Origin: Psammoneis japonica | Taxonomy: Eukaryota | Length of the DNA stretch: 64,000 nucleotides | Reading direction: 5' to 3' | NCBI GenBank assembly: GCA_008632985.1 | Contig: QPGO01000115.1 | Location: 1-64,000, forward strand | Part shown: one piece after another, positions 42,618-57,107 of the stretch | How the letters are laid out: each line of letters begins with the position of its first letter | Position numbering within the stretch: the first letter of the stretch is position 1 | Made by a program: the position numbers and the translations under genes | The notes under the pieces: model-generated | Seen by the model: the letters and a program-made list of their open reading frames with translations, nothing else | Databases searched by the model: none | What the model was told of the DNA's origin: nothing

Positions 42618-45386
42618 CTACAAGTCCATAGCTTCTGTCGTTTCCCAATTACTGTCTCCAACGTCAATCTGCATGGTTTCGTCAAAGAAATCAGGGGTCT
42701 GCTCTACTCTGTAGGAAAGTGTTCGCGCCTTCTTGAGCGGGACCCAATTGTCTTCATCAACCGAACCTTCCTCTGGATCTACCGCTTCAATGTGAACCGT
42801 AGATCCACTGGTAAGCTCTCCACTGATCAACATGCGGCTCAGAGTAGTCACTACGGTACGTTCAATGTATCGCTCCAGTGGACGAGCGCCGTATGCGTGA
42901 TCGTAGCTTGCATCCAGAATTGCTTTGGTGCCACTCTTTTCCAAAACAAGGCGTACACCTTGAGAGGCCAGACGCCTCTTGACACCCTTCATAGTCTTGT
43001 GACAAATCTTTTCAAGCTGACCAACACCCAGAGAATTGAACATGACGATTGCCGAAAGTCTGTTCAGGAATTCCGGCTTGAAGTGGGATCGCACTTGAGT
43101 CATGACGGCCTCGTGGATCATCTCTTTCTGTTTGGGTTCGCTTTCGGACAAACCGAGCAGGGCCTCAGCACCAATGTTCGATGTGAGAATAATCACGGTA
43201 TTTGTAAAGTCAACCGTGCGCCCTTTACTGTCAGTTAAACGTGCTTCATCAAGGATCTGGAGTAGCAACGTCAAGACTTGGGGATGGGCCTTTTCACACT
43301 CATCAAAGAGCACCACCGTGTAAGGCCTGCGTCGAACAGCTTCAGTGAGCTGTCCACCCTCATCGTGACCAACATAACCAGGTGGAGCTCCCACTAGACG
43401 AGCCACCGAGTGCTGCTCTGTATATTCACTCATATCGATTCTGACGAGATGACGCTCATCCCCATCATAAAGCTCACTGAATAGGGCTTTGCTAAGCTCT
43501 GTCTTGCCGACACCGGTTGGTCCGAGAAATAGGAACGATCCGGTAGGTTGAGAAGCTCGGGAAAGTCCGGCTTTGGATCGAAGGATACAGTCCACAACTT
43601 CTTGTATGGCGCCGTCTTGCCCAATCACTCTTTCTTTCAATCTCTCATCCAACTTCAGGAGTCGCTCCCGATCACTTTGGGATAACTTACTGACCGGGAT
43701 ACCAGTCCAGCGTGATATAATTTCGGCAATGTGCTGCGGAGTCACGATCTCGGATACCATGGTGTCGTCGTCGTCATCCTTCATAGCCAATTCAGCTTTC
43801 CGCTTTTCCTCTTCTTTGGTTATATTTTCCAAATGTGCCTTGATATCGGGAATTGCACCATATTTAAGGTCCGCGGCCTTCTCGTAGTCGCCAATTCGTT
43901 CCGCTGCAGCAGCCTTGGCTTCTAGCGTTGCAAGTTTTTCCTTTGCGTTCTTCAATTCGTCTGCGCGACCTCTATCAGCTTGCCACTTCTCATTCAGCGG
44001 TGCCAACTCCTCGCGAAGATTCGCAATCTCCCCCTTGATGGAGGTTCTGCGTGTTTTGGAGCCCTTATCCTTTTCTTTGAGAAGAGCGGTGGCTTCAATT
44101 TCTAGCTGCATAATACGCCTCTCGAGTTGGTCGATTCGCTCAGGTCGACTGTCCAACTGAACTCTTCGAGTTGCAGCAGCCTCATCAACCAAATCAATTG
44201 CTTTATCAGGTAGAAAGCGATTGGTAATGTATCGGTCGGAAAGCTGAGCCGCTGCAATAAGCGCCGCATCCGAAATGTGAACCCCGTGATGGGTCTCATA
44301 ACGGTCGCTCAAACCACGTAGGATCGAAATAGTAGCCTCAACACTGGGCTCTTTCACCAACACTTGTTGGAAACGTCGCTCAAAGGCACTATCCTTTTCA
44401 ATATGCTGTCTGTATTCTTCAAGCGTCGTGGCACCAACCATGCGCAATTCTCCTCGTGCAAGCATTGGCTTGAGGAGATTGGCCGCGTCCATGGCCCCAT
44501 CCGATTTCCCAGCGCCAAGAACCAGATGGATCTCATCTACAAACAGAATAATGTGACCATTGGCCTGCTTACATTCGTCCAGAACGGCACGAAGTCGTTC
44601 TTCAAACTCTCCACGATACTTTGCACCAGCCACTAAAGCGCCCATGTCCAATGTCCGAAGGGCAATTCCTTTGAGGGGTTCTGGTACGTCGCCCTCGAGA
44701 ATACGTCTCGCCAATCCTTCGACGATAGCGGTTTTACCAGTTCCTGGCTCACCGACCAAACAAGGGTTATTCTTTGTTCGTCGAGACAAAATTTGAATGA
44801 TGCGTCGAATTTCCTCGTCTCGCCCAATCACTGGATCGAGTTTGCCTTCTTCGGCCTCCTTGATCAGATCAATCCCGTATTTCTCGAGGGCTTCATAAGA
44901 TTCTTCGGCAGAAGCTGACGTGACCTTTCGTCCTCCTCTCATGTCCTCTAGCGTCTTTTCGACTACTTTCTTGTTGAATCCTGTTTCGTTGAGAGCAGCT
45001 CTGACTTCCTTGTCATCATACAATGCCATGACGAGATGATCGAGCGCGATAAGAGTATCGCCATTGGCTTTGGAAGCTTGGCTTGCTCGCTGTAGCAATT
45101 TTGACAATGCAGTTGATGGACTCGCTTCCAGGGGTGCCGGTGTTTGAGACGGTTTCTTAAGCAATAACTTCTGAAGAGAGCGTCGGAGCGCGTGCACATC
45201 CATGGCTGATGATTTCTCGTTCCCTTGACTTCTTGCACTCAATCGATTGCCAATGGAATCGTCACCTTGAAACAAGACAACGGCCAAATGCAGAGGGTCC
45301 GCCATGGCATGTCCATTGTCTCGAGCAAGTGCAAGTGCTTGCTCGATTGCCTTTGCCGTCGCATCTGTTACTGTTCTTTCTGTCAT
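42618..45386 (-). CDS. clpB: ClpB/Hsp101 AAA+ disaggregase
   Basis: Clp-N repeats, [29 protein letters not shown], middle domain, [20 protein letters not shown]. Confidence 0.95.
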   Translation of the reverse strand: MTERTVTDATAKAIEQALALARDNGHAMADPLHLAVVLFQGDDSIGNRLSARSQGNEKSSAMDVHALRRSLQKLLLKKPSQTPAPLEASPSTALSKLLQRASQASKANGDTLIALDHLVMALYDDKEVRAALNETGFNKKVVEKTLEDMRGGRKVTSASAEESYEALEKYGIDLIKEAEEGKLDPVIGRDEEIRRIIQILSRRTKNNPCLVGEPGTGKTAIVEGLARRILEGDVPEPLKGIALRTLDMGALVAGAKYRGEFEERLRAVLDECKQANGHIILFVDEIHLVLGAGKSDGAMDAANLLKPMLARGELRMVGATTLEEYRQHIEKDSAFERRFQQVLVKEPSVEATISILRGLSDRYETHHGVHISDAALIAAAQLSDRYITNRFLPDKAIDLVDEAAATRRVQLDSRPERIDQLERRIMQLEIEATALLKEKDKGSKTRRTSIKGEIANLREELAPLNEKWQADRGRADELKNAKEKLATLEAKAAAAERIGDYEKAADLKYGAIPDIKAHLENITKEEEKRKAELAMKDDDDDTMVSEIVTPQHIAEIISRWTGIPVSKLSQSDRERLLKLDERLKERVIGQDGAIQEVVDCILRSKAGLSRASQPTGSFLFLGPTGVGKTELSKALFSELYDGDERHLVRIDMSEYTEQHSVARLVGAPPGYVGHDEGGQLTEAVRRRPYTVVLFDECEKAHPQVLTLLLQILDEARLTDSKGRTVDFTNTVIILTSNIGAEALLGLSESEPKQKEMIHEAVMTQVRSHFKPEFLNRLSAIVMFNSLGVGQLEKICHKTMKGVKRRLASQGVRLVLEKSGTKAILDASYDHAYGARPLERYIERTVVTTLSRMLISGELTSGSTVHIEAVDPEEGSVDEDNWVPLKKARTLSYRVEQTPDFFDETMQIDVGDSNWETTEAMDL

Positions 45387-46013
45387 CGTAATTTTTGCGT
45401 AAGTTTTGTGGAATTTGGAAATTGTGAGACAAAGGTATGCATGAGGCGGAATGAGACAACGAAGATGTTGATAGAATTCTTTTGCCTTCTTTTTTTGCCT
45501 CGATTTCTTTCTTCTTTGTTCTTTTTTTAATATAAATATATGTGATTGGATAGAGAGTATAGAAGGGAAGTACGACTGAACGGACTGAATTTCACGCGAC
45601 GTGCTTCTTTGCGCGCGCCAAGCCCCAGCGAGGCGAGATCAATCGTTGCGCGCGATATTGAAAGCTGCAAAGGGATAGCATGGTCGTCAAGCGTCGAACG
45701 GAAAGGAGTAGCGACGGATGGAAGTAACTAGCCTAGAGGCCCTATTCTGAATTGCGGCAGTGGGCGGAAGGGATTCGACGGGCTTTTGATGCAGGGCTTT
45801 TGGTGAAATCGCGCGATCTGCGAACACTCCAGATCTTCATACCTTTGGACATCTAATCAATGATGTCGAGCTCCGAGCTCGCAGGTTGAAGTGGATCCTC
45901 TCGAGCGCCATTTTGGAATTTTTGTTCAGCTGTTTTGGACGTTGCATTGCTCCCCATCTTTCCGAACATTCTGCTTCGTGTGTGTTGGGTGTGAACTACA
46001 ACGAAACGTTTGC

Positions 46014-46730
46014 ATGATGAAGGTCGCTGCCACTCTTATCGTTCTTGCCGGTTCCGCCGCTGCCTTTGCTCCTGCTACTCAGAGCAGTGGCTCTTCGGCC
46101 CTTGCTGCCAAACCATTTGCGGATGCGCTCGGTGCCCAGGCTCCTGTGAGTTCACACATAGTGCTGCAGTCGATCATTGTATGATTTTTTTTACAGTAGT
46201 TCCAACGTTTCACATCTTGTCATGTTATATTGGGTCATTTCTGGGTTATGTTTTCGATGATGAGGCAGCAATGCATGTCTTATGCGTACAAAGCAGCCTA
46301 TGTCTCTCACCTCCTTTTGTCTTGCCGGTTTCTCGATTGTTGATAGCTTGGTTTGTGGGATCCTCTCAACCTTATTGAAGATGGCGACCAAAATAGATTC
46401 GACCGACTTCGTGAGATTGAGCTAAAGCATGGACGTGTCTCCATGTTGGCAGTTGTCGGATACTTGATTACGGCCGCAGGAGTCCGATTCCCAGGCGCCG
46501 AGGACATTCCTGCCGGAATCAAAGCATTCCCAGCTCTTCTCGAAACGGATGATGGTATCCATGTCCTTATGCAAATGGCTGCCTTCTTTGCCGTTGCCGA
46601 GATTGTCAACCGTGATGCCGAATGGTTGGATAACGAGGCGGAATTTGTTGGTGACTACCGCAACGGCGCCCTTGACTTTGGATGGGACAAGTTTGATGAC
46701 GCTACCAAGCTCAAGAAGCGTGCGGTTGAA

Positions 46731-46763
<33 letters not shown>

Positions 46764-46826
46764 GTGGGCCTTGTCACTCATGAATTCTTGGGTGTCTCCA
46801 TTCTTCCAGGTGGCATCCTCCCCTAA
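46014..46826 (+). CDS. Fucoxanthin-chlorophyll a/c binding protein, Lhcf-type; intron 46146-46346
   Basis: AAAF-AP targeting motif, LGLWDPL, ELKHGRVSMLA, ELNNGRAAMMG; GTGAGT..GATAG intron. Confidence 0.93.
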
Positions 46827-47403
46827 ATGCGTCTACGGATGTAGCTAATCTGCTGACTTCCACAGAGAAAAGTGCACAGATCTCCTCAGGATATACCGTA
46901 TAGTGCGAGCATTAACGACAGCGTTGCATCTTTACTTTTATATCCTGCTCTCTCTCATTATTAGTTAGCACTACAGCATGCTACTGTACCGCCAAGGGCA
47001 TAGGACGTTCGCTGACCTTGTTGTGTATTCCTCCAGTCAAGCCCTCATCAACATGAAACATTCTCAACTAGGCTCACTGCAACTTTTCTTGGCATGATTC
47101 AATTGGGTTTCTGACAATGTGTATAAACCAACGGTATCAATTTGCAGTTCGTTCTGGTAGGGCCTAGTAGCTCTTTGTTTACACACCTGCACGTGAAATA
47201 TACCTACCGTAGGACCAAAACCAAATATTCGTCTCATGGTCGAGACTCTCGCGAATCATCGCGAATGCTCGCGCGTGCGTGCTCGCGTGGTCACTTTTTG
47301 GCGCGAAGGGCAAGGTTGAAGGTTGAAGTCGAATCCAAACGACGGCGCGAGTTTCAAGTTTCCCTCCAATTCCGAGTCCTTTATGTCAAAAACCACGTTC
47401 ACG

Positions 47404-48169
47404 ATGAAGGTCGCTGCCACGCTTCTCGCTCTTGCCGGTTCTGCCGCTGCCTTTGCTCCTGCTACTCAGAGTAGTGGCTCTTCGGCGCTTGCTGCGAAGC
47501 CGTTTGCGGATGCTCTCGGTGCTCAGGCTCCTGTGAGTACTTGTTCCTACTGTCGATCAGAATTTGATGATTAGCTCCTGTAGGAATAGTCACTCTCGAT
47601 ATGATTGCAGCAGTGCATGTCGATGTTTCAGTCTGACGTTGTCAAGCTCTCACCTCGTCTTCTCCTGCTTATGTCTCAATTGTTGATAGCTTGGCTTGTG
47701 GGATCCTCTGAACCTTATTGAAGACGGTAGCCAGAGAAAATTCGACGTTCTTCGTGAGATTGAGATTAAGCACGGACGTGTCTCGATGTTGGCAGTTGTT
47801 GGCTACTTGTGCACGGCCTACGGAGTCCGCTTTCCTGGCGCCGAAGACGTCCCAGCGGGTCTAAAAGCATTCCCATATCTTTTCACCTCCGAGACTGGCA
47901 TTAACGTACTTCTTCAGATGGGTGCCTTCTTCGTTGTTGCCGAAATTGTGAACCGTGACGCCGATTGGTTGGATAACGAGGCGGAGTTCGTTGGTGATTA
48001 CCGCAACGGCGTCCTTGACTTTGGATGGGACAAGTTTGATGACGCTACCAAGCTCAAAAAGCGTGCCATTGAATTGAACAATGGACGTGCTGCCATGATG
48101 GGCATCTTGGGTCTTATCGTGCATGAGAACCTAGGTGTCTCTATTCTTCCGGGTGGAGTCCTTCCGTAA
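47404..48169 (+). CDS. Tandem Lhcf-type FCP paralog; intron 47533-47689
   Basis: Same motifs and intron position as the upstream copy. Confidence 0.93.
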
Positions 48170-48584
48170 GCTGCCGACTTACTGCAGACAGATCGACACA
48201 TTATACGAATCAATACAATAGCAATCGTCCTCAACATAAAATATAGAGTACTGACGACAGCGTTGCTTCGGTCCTCAATATTATTCACCCGTTACTTGTT
48301 GACAAGAGTGTGCTAACATCGCAAAGGAGAGGATTTCGCTGATCTTGAGTGAGTCTGATCATGCTCGTCACTACCCGAGGCCTTATCTATATCCTCCTCT
48401 ACTTCCGTTCCTCTTTTCTCTTTCTTACCTTCAGTCAAGGGCATCAGACTCGCGACAATTCTTGTTGTGACTAGCTGCTCCCATCGTCGATGCGTTCAAC
48501 GGCATTTCATTCTAAGTCTTCTCGTATTTTCAGCGTGAAAGAGCTTGCACCATCAGTCCCGCACGTCAACGGTTGCTTATACCA

Positions 48585-51516
48585 CTACTCATCGCAGGTG
48601 CAGTTGGCCAGATCTAAAATGCTTGCCTGCAGCAAAACACGCTGAATCAAAGCATCAAGGGCAGGCTCTTCGCTTTGCAACAGGTGAAGGTCAGATCTTG
48701 TAATCCTGGCAACCGTTGTGTCATTCTGGCTGGACACCGCTCGAAAGGTTCGCGGTCGCTCCAAAAGGAAATCACAGTATCCAAAGACTCCTCCCACTGG
48801 CCATGCGCTTGCCACTATCACGTCGGACGCGTCACTATCACCTCTACCGGCATCCAACAAATTAGATGACGAAGGGGGTCGTTTGACTAGGCCAGCCCCA
48901 GATAGAATTTCTTTTCCGTGCCGAACTGAAAGGGGTCTGCGATCTTTTGCAGGATCAATGGCTACGGCAACGCTTCCCATGAGTACAGTGTAAAACGCGT
49001 CGGCATGCGTATCCTGCCTAAAGATTTCTTGTCCAGCCACGGGAAATTGTAGCTCGTCGTGATATCGTTTCCCGTCCAAGAGCCGCAATGTCCGCAACTC
49101 TTCTTCGGAAGTCGATCCAATAATTTTTGCAAAGACAGATGACAAAGAAGCGTCTCTTCCGAAACCTGGATGAAGAACAGGCACTCTACCAGATGGGCGT
49201 ACACTCCTGCTGTCCATTTGACGCAACAAAGCATTCTCACAAAATTCGAGTGCTTCGTGAATCGTTGCAAACAAAAGGATTCGTTCTGAAATAGCTGCAC
49301 GACTCGCCGATCGACTCTGGGACTCAGCCTTGACCTTGTCCTCTTCTTGTTTTGAATCGTACGCAATTTCATGTGATCGCAGCATCCATTCAATTCGAGG
49401 TGTAGCGCCGGCAGCGCATACCGTGATGCCTTTTTTACAGCACGCCTTGACTAGCTGCAAGAAACACCCCCGGGCTGCTGATGCGTCGAGATTGGCGAGT
49501 TGCGTCAAGTCAAGAGCCACAAACTTGGGTGTCCGAGGAATGAGAGAACGATGCGTCTGGCCACGATGACCTCCTGTTGCTTGTGTTTTTGTCAAGACAA
49601 AGGAAGGAGTTCGTCGAGGGCTTTTGAAAACGTTTGTATCTTGTGGTTCATCAGACGACTCCACGGACAAGTCCATTCCAATCTCTTCTGCCAGTCTCTG
49701 CAAGAGGTGAAATGCCGAGCCAAAAAAGACACTACCAGCAACCTCAAGCGTCATTATTTTGGGATGCGTCGGATGGTATCCCTGGTCTTGAAGGAGCCTG
49801 TATTCTTCTCGCGACCAAACTGCACGAGACTTTTTCAGGACTCGCGTGACACCCGAGGCATGCGCCGAAGCCACAACGTGGTCAACAATGGCGACCAAGA
49901 CTCCAATGATAATACCCGCATCAATACCGACAATATGAATGGCAATAAAGGTTGCCCAGACAATACAGTACTCGGTAAGAAAGACTTTATAACGAATCTC
50001 CACCAACCACTCATACAGGAGATCATAGCCAATGAAGATCAAGGTGGAACCGAGAAAAAAGGACGGTGCCACCTCCAAAATATTAATGGGCGAAGTCACA
50101 ATGTACATGAATACCACCATGATAAAGATACCAATCCATTTGCTGTGCACTCCGGTCCGGTATGTAAAGATTGTTTGCGAAAATATGTAACTCTGTTGCG
50201 ATCAACAAAGGTGCATTGTGGCGAAAGGAGATAAGTACAAACAAAGAAGGCAAAACATCACAAAGAGAGTAAACTTACACCAGTGTATCCCAATGTCAAG
50301 CCCGACATGAAGTTACAAATACCAACTGTGCGAAGTTCTTTGTTGGTATCTAGAGCTTCACCCATATCTATTGAAATTGCTGCTACATCCAGACAGGATG
50401 CAAATGACACGACAAACACCATTCCAAACCACGTTTGAAACACCTTGGATGCAACATGCCATTGCACCAAGTCAAAGTCCACCAGCTTGAACAAGTCCGT
50501 GACTGGAACAGACGGCGCTTCTTCTCCGACCCACCCGCCCTCTCGTGCTCCTTCCAATCCTGCACCCGTGGCATAAATGACTATGTAAAACAAGACGGGT
50601 ACCGCCACCATGGTTGCGGGGAGCGCTGCGGCCGACGTGGCTGTTCGAGAAATATACGTCAAGAGCAAGGCAGTTACCAAACCGGGTACAGCCAGCAAGA
50701 TGTTGTGTGGTTCCTTGAGATAGATCCAATCTCCCAATTCCACCATGGACTTGTCAATGCAAAGGCCCACCCCCGCTTCAAGACAAAAGTATCCTATAAA
50801 AGCCAGATACCCACCTGACATTGTGAAAGTAATGAAAATGGGTGTGAGCGTTTATGGTGCAATAGTACATGTAACAGGGACTCGACAGCAATAGAATACC
50901 CACCAATCACGGGCATTGGCAAGTACGCAACCGCATCGGCAAATCGAAAATGCCCCATAATCATGAGGACCACCCCCAAGGCTGCCGTGCCAAGCGAAAG
51001 CACCACTACGGCAGTCGAAACGACCTCTTCTTCGGTTCCACCCGTTTTTAAAATAGCGTCCGCCAAGGTGGAAGACATGGTGCTTAAGAAAATCAAACCC
51101 GCGTCTTGTACCGTGCCAATCGCAAAGGGCAGTGTCGAAAACAGCGCAAATCCCAATTGATGCATAAAGGAACTAAAAATGACCAGTTTGCTCAGCGCGT
51201 TCATGTGGTTGGAAAAGATGGGGTGATTGAAAATGACAGCGGCGTATCCATAGAGTCCTGGAGCGCTAATAATGACATTGACCAGGGCATAAATAATGTA
51301 AAGAATGAATCGACCTACACAACTTGTAGACGAATCGCTCTTTTTGGATTTTATAGTTTCCTTTTCGGTTGGTGGCGGTGGTGGAACGAGAGCTTTGGGA
51401 GTGCTACTGCCTTCGGATAACGACATGGCTCGCTTTCTTCGATTTGCTGGAGTCGATTCATCATGGAGAGATGCAGTCTGTGAACGAGCCAACAGCGGAT
51501 CGCCTTCGGACGCCAT
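48585..51516 (-). CDS. SulP-family transporter with STAS and cyclic-nucleotide-binding domains (Vsb1-like architecture); introns 50903-50815 and 50278-50193
   Basis: GTVQDAGLIF, YLPMPVIGGYLAFIG, spliced GYTGSYIFSQT, LEVAGSVFFG, LDASAA, EALEFCEN, GGVFG. Confidence 0.88.
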
Positions 51517-51729
51517 GGCGAGGATCTTTTTGCGTTCTCTTTTTGGTCGGTGCACTGACGTTTCGCGTACGACGGACAGAAAACATCTTCGCGTTTCTGG
51601 TGCTCTCGTCCGTGCGTCTTCCGCATTCTCTGTGCTGGATGACGTTGAGACCATCCAACCTTCAACCTTCTTTCCGCCGTGCATTTGCAATCAAAACTCA
51701 TTGGCTTGTTTAGTGGTTGTCGATGCATG

Positions 51730-53310
<1,581 letters not shown>

Positions 53311-53586
53311 AATGAAAACAGAGCGTTGCAGAGAAAATGTGTGAGAAGAAGTGTAAACGCATTTCGAAATTACGCAAAAAAAAGTCCGCGATCTTTTTTC
53401 TGCGCCGATTCGCCACGTGTCAGGTAAGTTCACTACCATAGATACGCGTATGTAGAACGCATATACAAGTTCTACACAACAGTGATCCAATTGCCCTCCG
53501 TCTGTCTTTCCCTCCGGTTCAGATTTTTCGGCTCGCTTCGTTCTGATCTCTGATCCTGTTTTCAGAAAAAAAGTCGCTGCGCAACC

Positions 53587-55204
53587 ATGGCCTCTGCCAA
53601 CAATGACGACGGCCCCTCGGATGAGGTGGTATCTCAGTTTCTCGCCTTTACCGGAAGTGCAGACGCTTCGAGTGCCGTTTCCTATTTGGAAATGAGTGGC
53701 GGTGATTTGGAAACCGCCGTGGGACTCTATATGGAACACCAACAGGGCGGCGGCACCGGTTCTGCTGTTCCTGTTGGTGGTGGTGTTATGGGTGGTACTA
53801 CGAGTGCGTCTCTGCCACCGCAAATGGATGACGTTCGTGCTCCGGATGCGACACGTACCATGCGTCTCATGGATGATGGTGGTGGTATTATGGGCGGTGG
53901 TGGTGCTGGTATGTTGCCCTTTATGGGACTCATGCAGGAAGCAGCGGCAGCCATGGATGCAGCGCCAGCGCCGTCTGCGTTTGCTTTTGGAGCTCCACCG
54001 GCTCCCGCAGATGTAAGGACAGCAATTAATAACGCGGCTGCGGCTGAAGAAAAAGACAACAACGACGATGAGGATGAAGAAGAGGATTATGTCTATGACG
54101 AAGAGGAGGATGACGACGATGTAGTCATGGTTCAACCCCCTGCAGCACCCACGCTCCAAGACATGTTTGCGGCACCGACTCACTTGATTCACACGGCCGG
54201 GGGCTTTCAGGGTGCCCGAGCCATAGCTAAGGATTCGAGGCGGTGGCTCTTGGTGAATTTACAACGAGATTCGGAGTTCTCGTGTCACGCCTTGAATCGG
54301 GATGTGTGGCGTGATGAATTGGTGGAGAACCTTATTCGGGAGGGATTTATTTTTTGGCAATGTGTAAGCAAGCATAATCCTGTGAAGTGTGTGTTGTCGT
54401 TGATTGTACAATCGTTCTCAACCCTTATGCTCTTCTTTCGCAACTTTCTACATATATTAGATGGACGATCAACCGGATGGACGAACTTATGCAGAACGGT
54501 ACAGCGTCTTGGAGTTTCCTCATGTAGCCATTCTCGATCCGCGCACGGGTCGGCTCATGTGGCGCAAGGAGGGTTGGACACAGGAACATGCCATGACGGC
54601 AGAAAGTTTTGCCGAACACGCCATGGATTTTTGTTCTAGACATTCCTTTGACAAGCCACCCGAAGCGCCTAGGAATGCGGCGGAGCGTCCAGCCAAGAAG
54701 CGATTCTTAACGGAACAAGAACAACTTCAAGAAGCCATGAGAGCGAGTTTGAAAAAAGATAATGACGACGACATGGATGATGATGAAGTTCAAGTGGTGG
54801 AGAAGCCAGAAGCAAAAGAGGAATCGAAAGAAGTCTCGCTTGTACAGGAATTGCAGCAGATGCAAGTCGGAGACGAACCAACGGAGGGTGGAGCTCGAAT
54901 TCAGATTCGAATGCCCGATGGGAAACGTCTTGTTCGGAGCTTTCGCAATGACCAAACCGTCAAGGTTATTTATGCTTTTGTTGTGGTGCGTACTGTACTT
55001 GTGTATTGAAAACTAGCTTATTTTCCTATCGTTTTCTTACACTACTCTTGCCCCTCGCTTGCAACACAGCAATCTAGCGCAGAACCCAAGGGCGAAGTGG
55101 AATTGAAGGCTGGTTTTCCACCCAAAGACTTGATGGCGAGCATAAATGAGACGATTGAGACTTGTGCGTTGGCGGGAGAATCCATCAATGCAAGGTGGAA
55201 GTAA
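53587..55204 (+). CDS. UBXN7-like protein (UBA-like, UAS, UIM, UBX); introns 54364-54460 and 54986-55069
   Basis: SQFLAFTG..YLEMSGGDLETAV, VRAPD, WLLVNLQ..EFSCHALNRDVW, RIQIRMPDGKRLVRSF, GFPPK. Confidence 0.9.
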
Positions 55205-55264
55205 ACCGAACTACAAACACTAACTTAGACAACGTGTCGTTTTGTGACCTAAACTGTACTGCTG

Positions 55265-56760
55265 CTATTCCATCCACGCTGTCCCTTCCTTGCTGCATTG
55301 CACCATGATGTTTCCCATGAGTACCAATGCTTCTGCTGCACGGATTCGTGCCTGCTTGGCGTCAATGGTTTGTCCGGTTGATCCGACCCATCCATCATCG
55401 CCTCGGCGACTCCAATCGGATCGCTTGGACGATGCATGCGACGGAAAGAAAAAGTAATTTCCGCTCAAGACTAAATTGCAAGCTTCTTGAATCGTCCTGT
55501 CCAGGTCAACCTTGCTAATCTTCCACAGCGCCTCCACTTGCAAGGCTTCAATGAGAGCCGTTTGGGCCTTTTGCTTTTCCAATTGCTTAATCTCCTCATT
55601 TGTTTGCAAGTGGTCTTCCACCAAATCATAGTCGTCTTCTCCAAGCAACTTTTGTATGGTAGCAAGCAAGCACGTAGCGGTTGAGTTAGGGAACTTACGC
55701 TTCACATATTGTACAACGAAGATAACGTACCTCGTCCAACAGTGAAGAATCGTCGAGATGGTGGTACCCAATCGCCTTTTGATCTTTATCCGTTTTCTTT
55801 TGAGGCTGCTTTCGCTTATTCGAATGCTCTGTCAAGATGTATCTTCCACTCGCCACAGCAGCAGTCGCCAAGTGCTTGGCGTGTCGGTACTTGTCGTGTA
55901 GATTGTCCGCCACGGTTCGATGCGCCTTTTTCTTGCTTGTGGTAGTACTACTATCGCGCAACACGCGTTGTCCCACATGACGATAGGCTCGTCCAATGCA
56001 TCGCAAGATTTGTGCTCCCAAGGGCAAACGTTTCAACACATCACATTCTCGTGCCACCACTTCGGCCAGCGTGGCATCCGAAATGGCACCCTCCACGAGG
56101 GGTCGAATCTTTTCCACCAAGTTGGCTGCCAAAAACAAAATCCGTTGCTCGTGTCGTTTGGTTTGAGGATTGAGTAATTTTGGTCCGAAACCCATTAAAT
56201 GCAACAATTGACGTTGCTCCTTGGTGGGTGATGCATGAGGAGATGTTCCTCCGGTAAGAATGTGTGCAGCTACACTTGTATCGGCCAAGCCATAGCGATG
56301 ATACAAGAGCCGGGTCTTGTCATTGTTGAGTATTTCATAAGCTTGTCTGACGGTATTCAATTTTTCATCCTCGTCGTTGTCATCCTTGTGTTTTTGTCGT
56401 CGTCTCCTCTTATCGGGATGCAGCTCTCGTGTCTTTCTGTGGTAAGCTTGGAAATCTGAGCCGCCGTTGCATTGGGAGATACGCCCAGAGTTTCATAACA
56501 CGAAACATCATGCGGGGGGTGCAACGTGTACAATCGATGCATTTTCAACACGGTGGACGACGCATCGGGTGTTTTCTTTCCTGATAGAATTGGAAGATTA
56601 GAAGAAGCGTCGACGAGGGGTGACACTGACAAAAGTATTTGAATCATAAGAGTAAAGACGAGACAATAATAGGAGCGACATGACTTCGACACGTGTATTC
56701 TTCGGTGCGGTTTCCTTTTTTCAAAATTCTTCTGCATTGATTTACTTATGGATGACATCT
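55265..56760 (-). CDS. DnaJ plus DnaJ-X domain protein; 1-nt frameshift near 56446 and an intron near 55730-55650; start uncertain
   Basis: YETLGVSPNAT..ISK / AYHRKTRELHPDK in the shifted frame; QAYEIL; ILRCIGRAY; LWKISKVDLDRTI..AC. Confidence 0.75.
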
Positions 56761-57107
56761 CTCGGCAGATTGGTTGTATCTTTAACGGCGTCAAGATTCA
56801 GTCCTTATAGTGTGCCTTGTTGAAGCGTTCTTGCTAGAAAACAGGTGCGTTCTCGAATCCCATAGTCACTTCCTTTTTGGACGGAGTCCATTCTCGCTTC
56901 TGACGCAAAGCGCGCATACACCGCGCGCTTCGTATGGTATCAGAAACGCGACCAATGTATACATCAATTAATTAAAATTTATTAAAGCACGGGACTGAAA
57001 CTCAAAAAAAATCGCCAGCCTCCTCGTCTCCCTGCTCATTTTCAATTTTCTGAGAGCAGAGATCGATATTTCTACACATCAGATAGTCAAGCATCGCAAA
57101 CACCACC

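Noticed and set aside
46014..48169. Calling the LHC genes Lhcx or a specific numbered Lhcf
   Set aside because: The EFVGDYRNG..DFGWD motif fits the Lhcf type; orthology cannot be assigned without a tree
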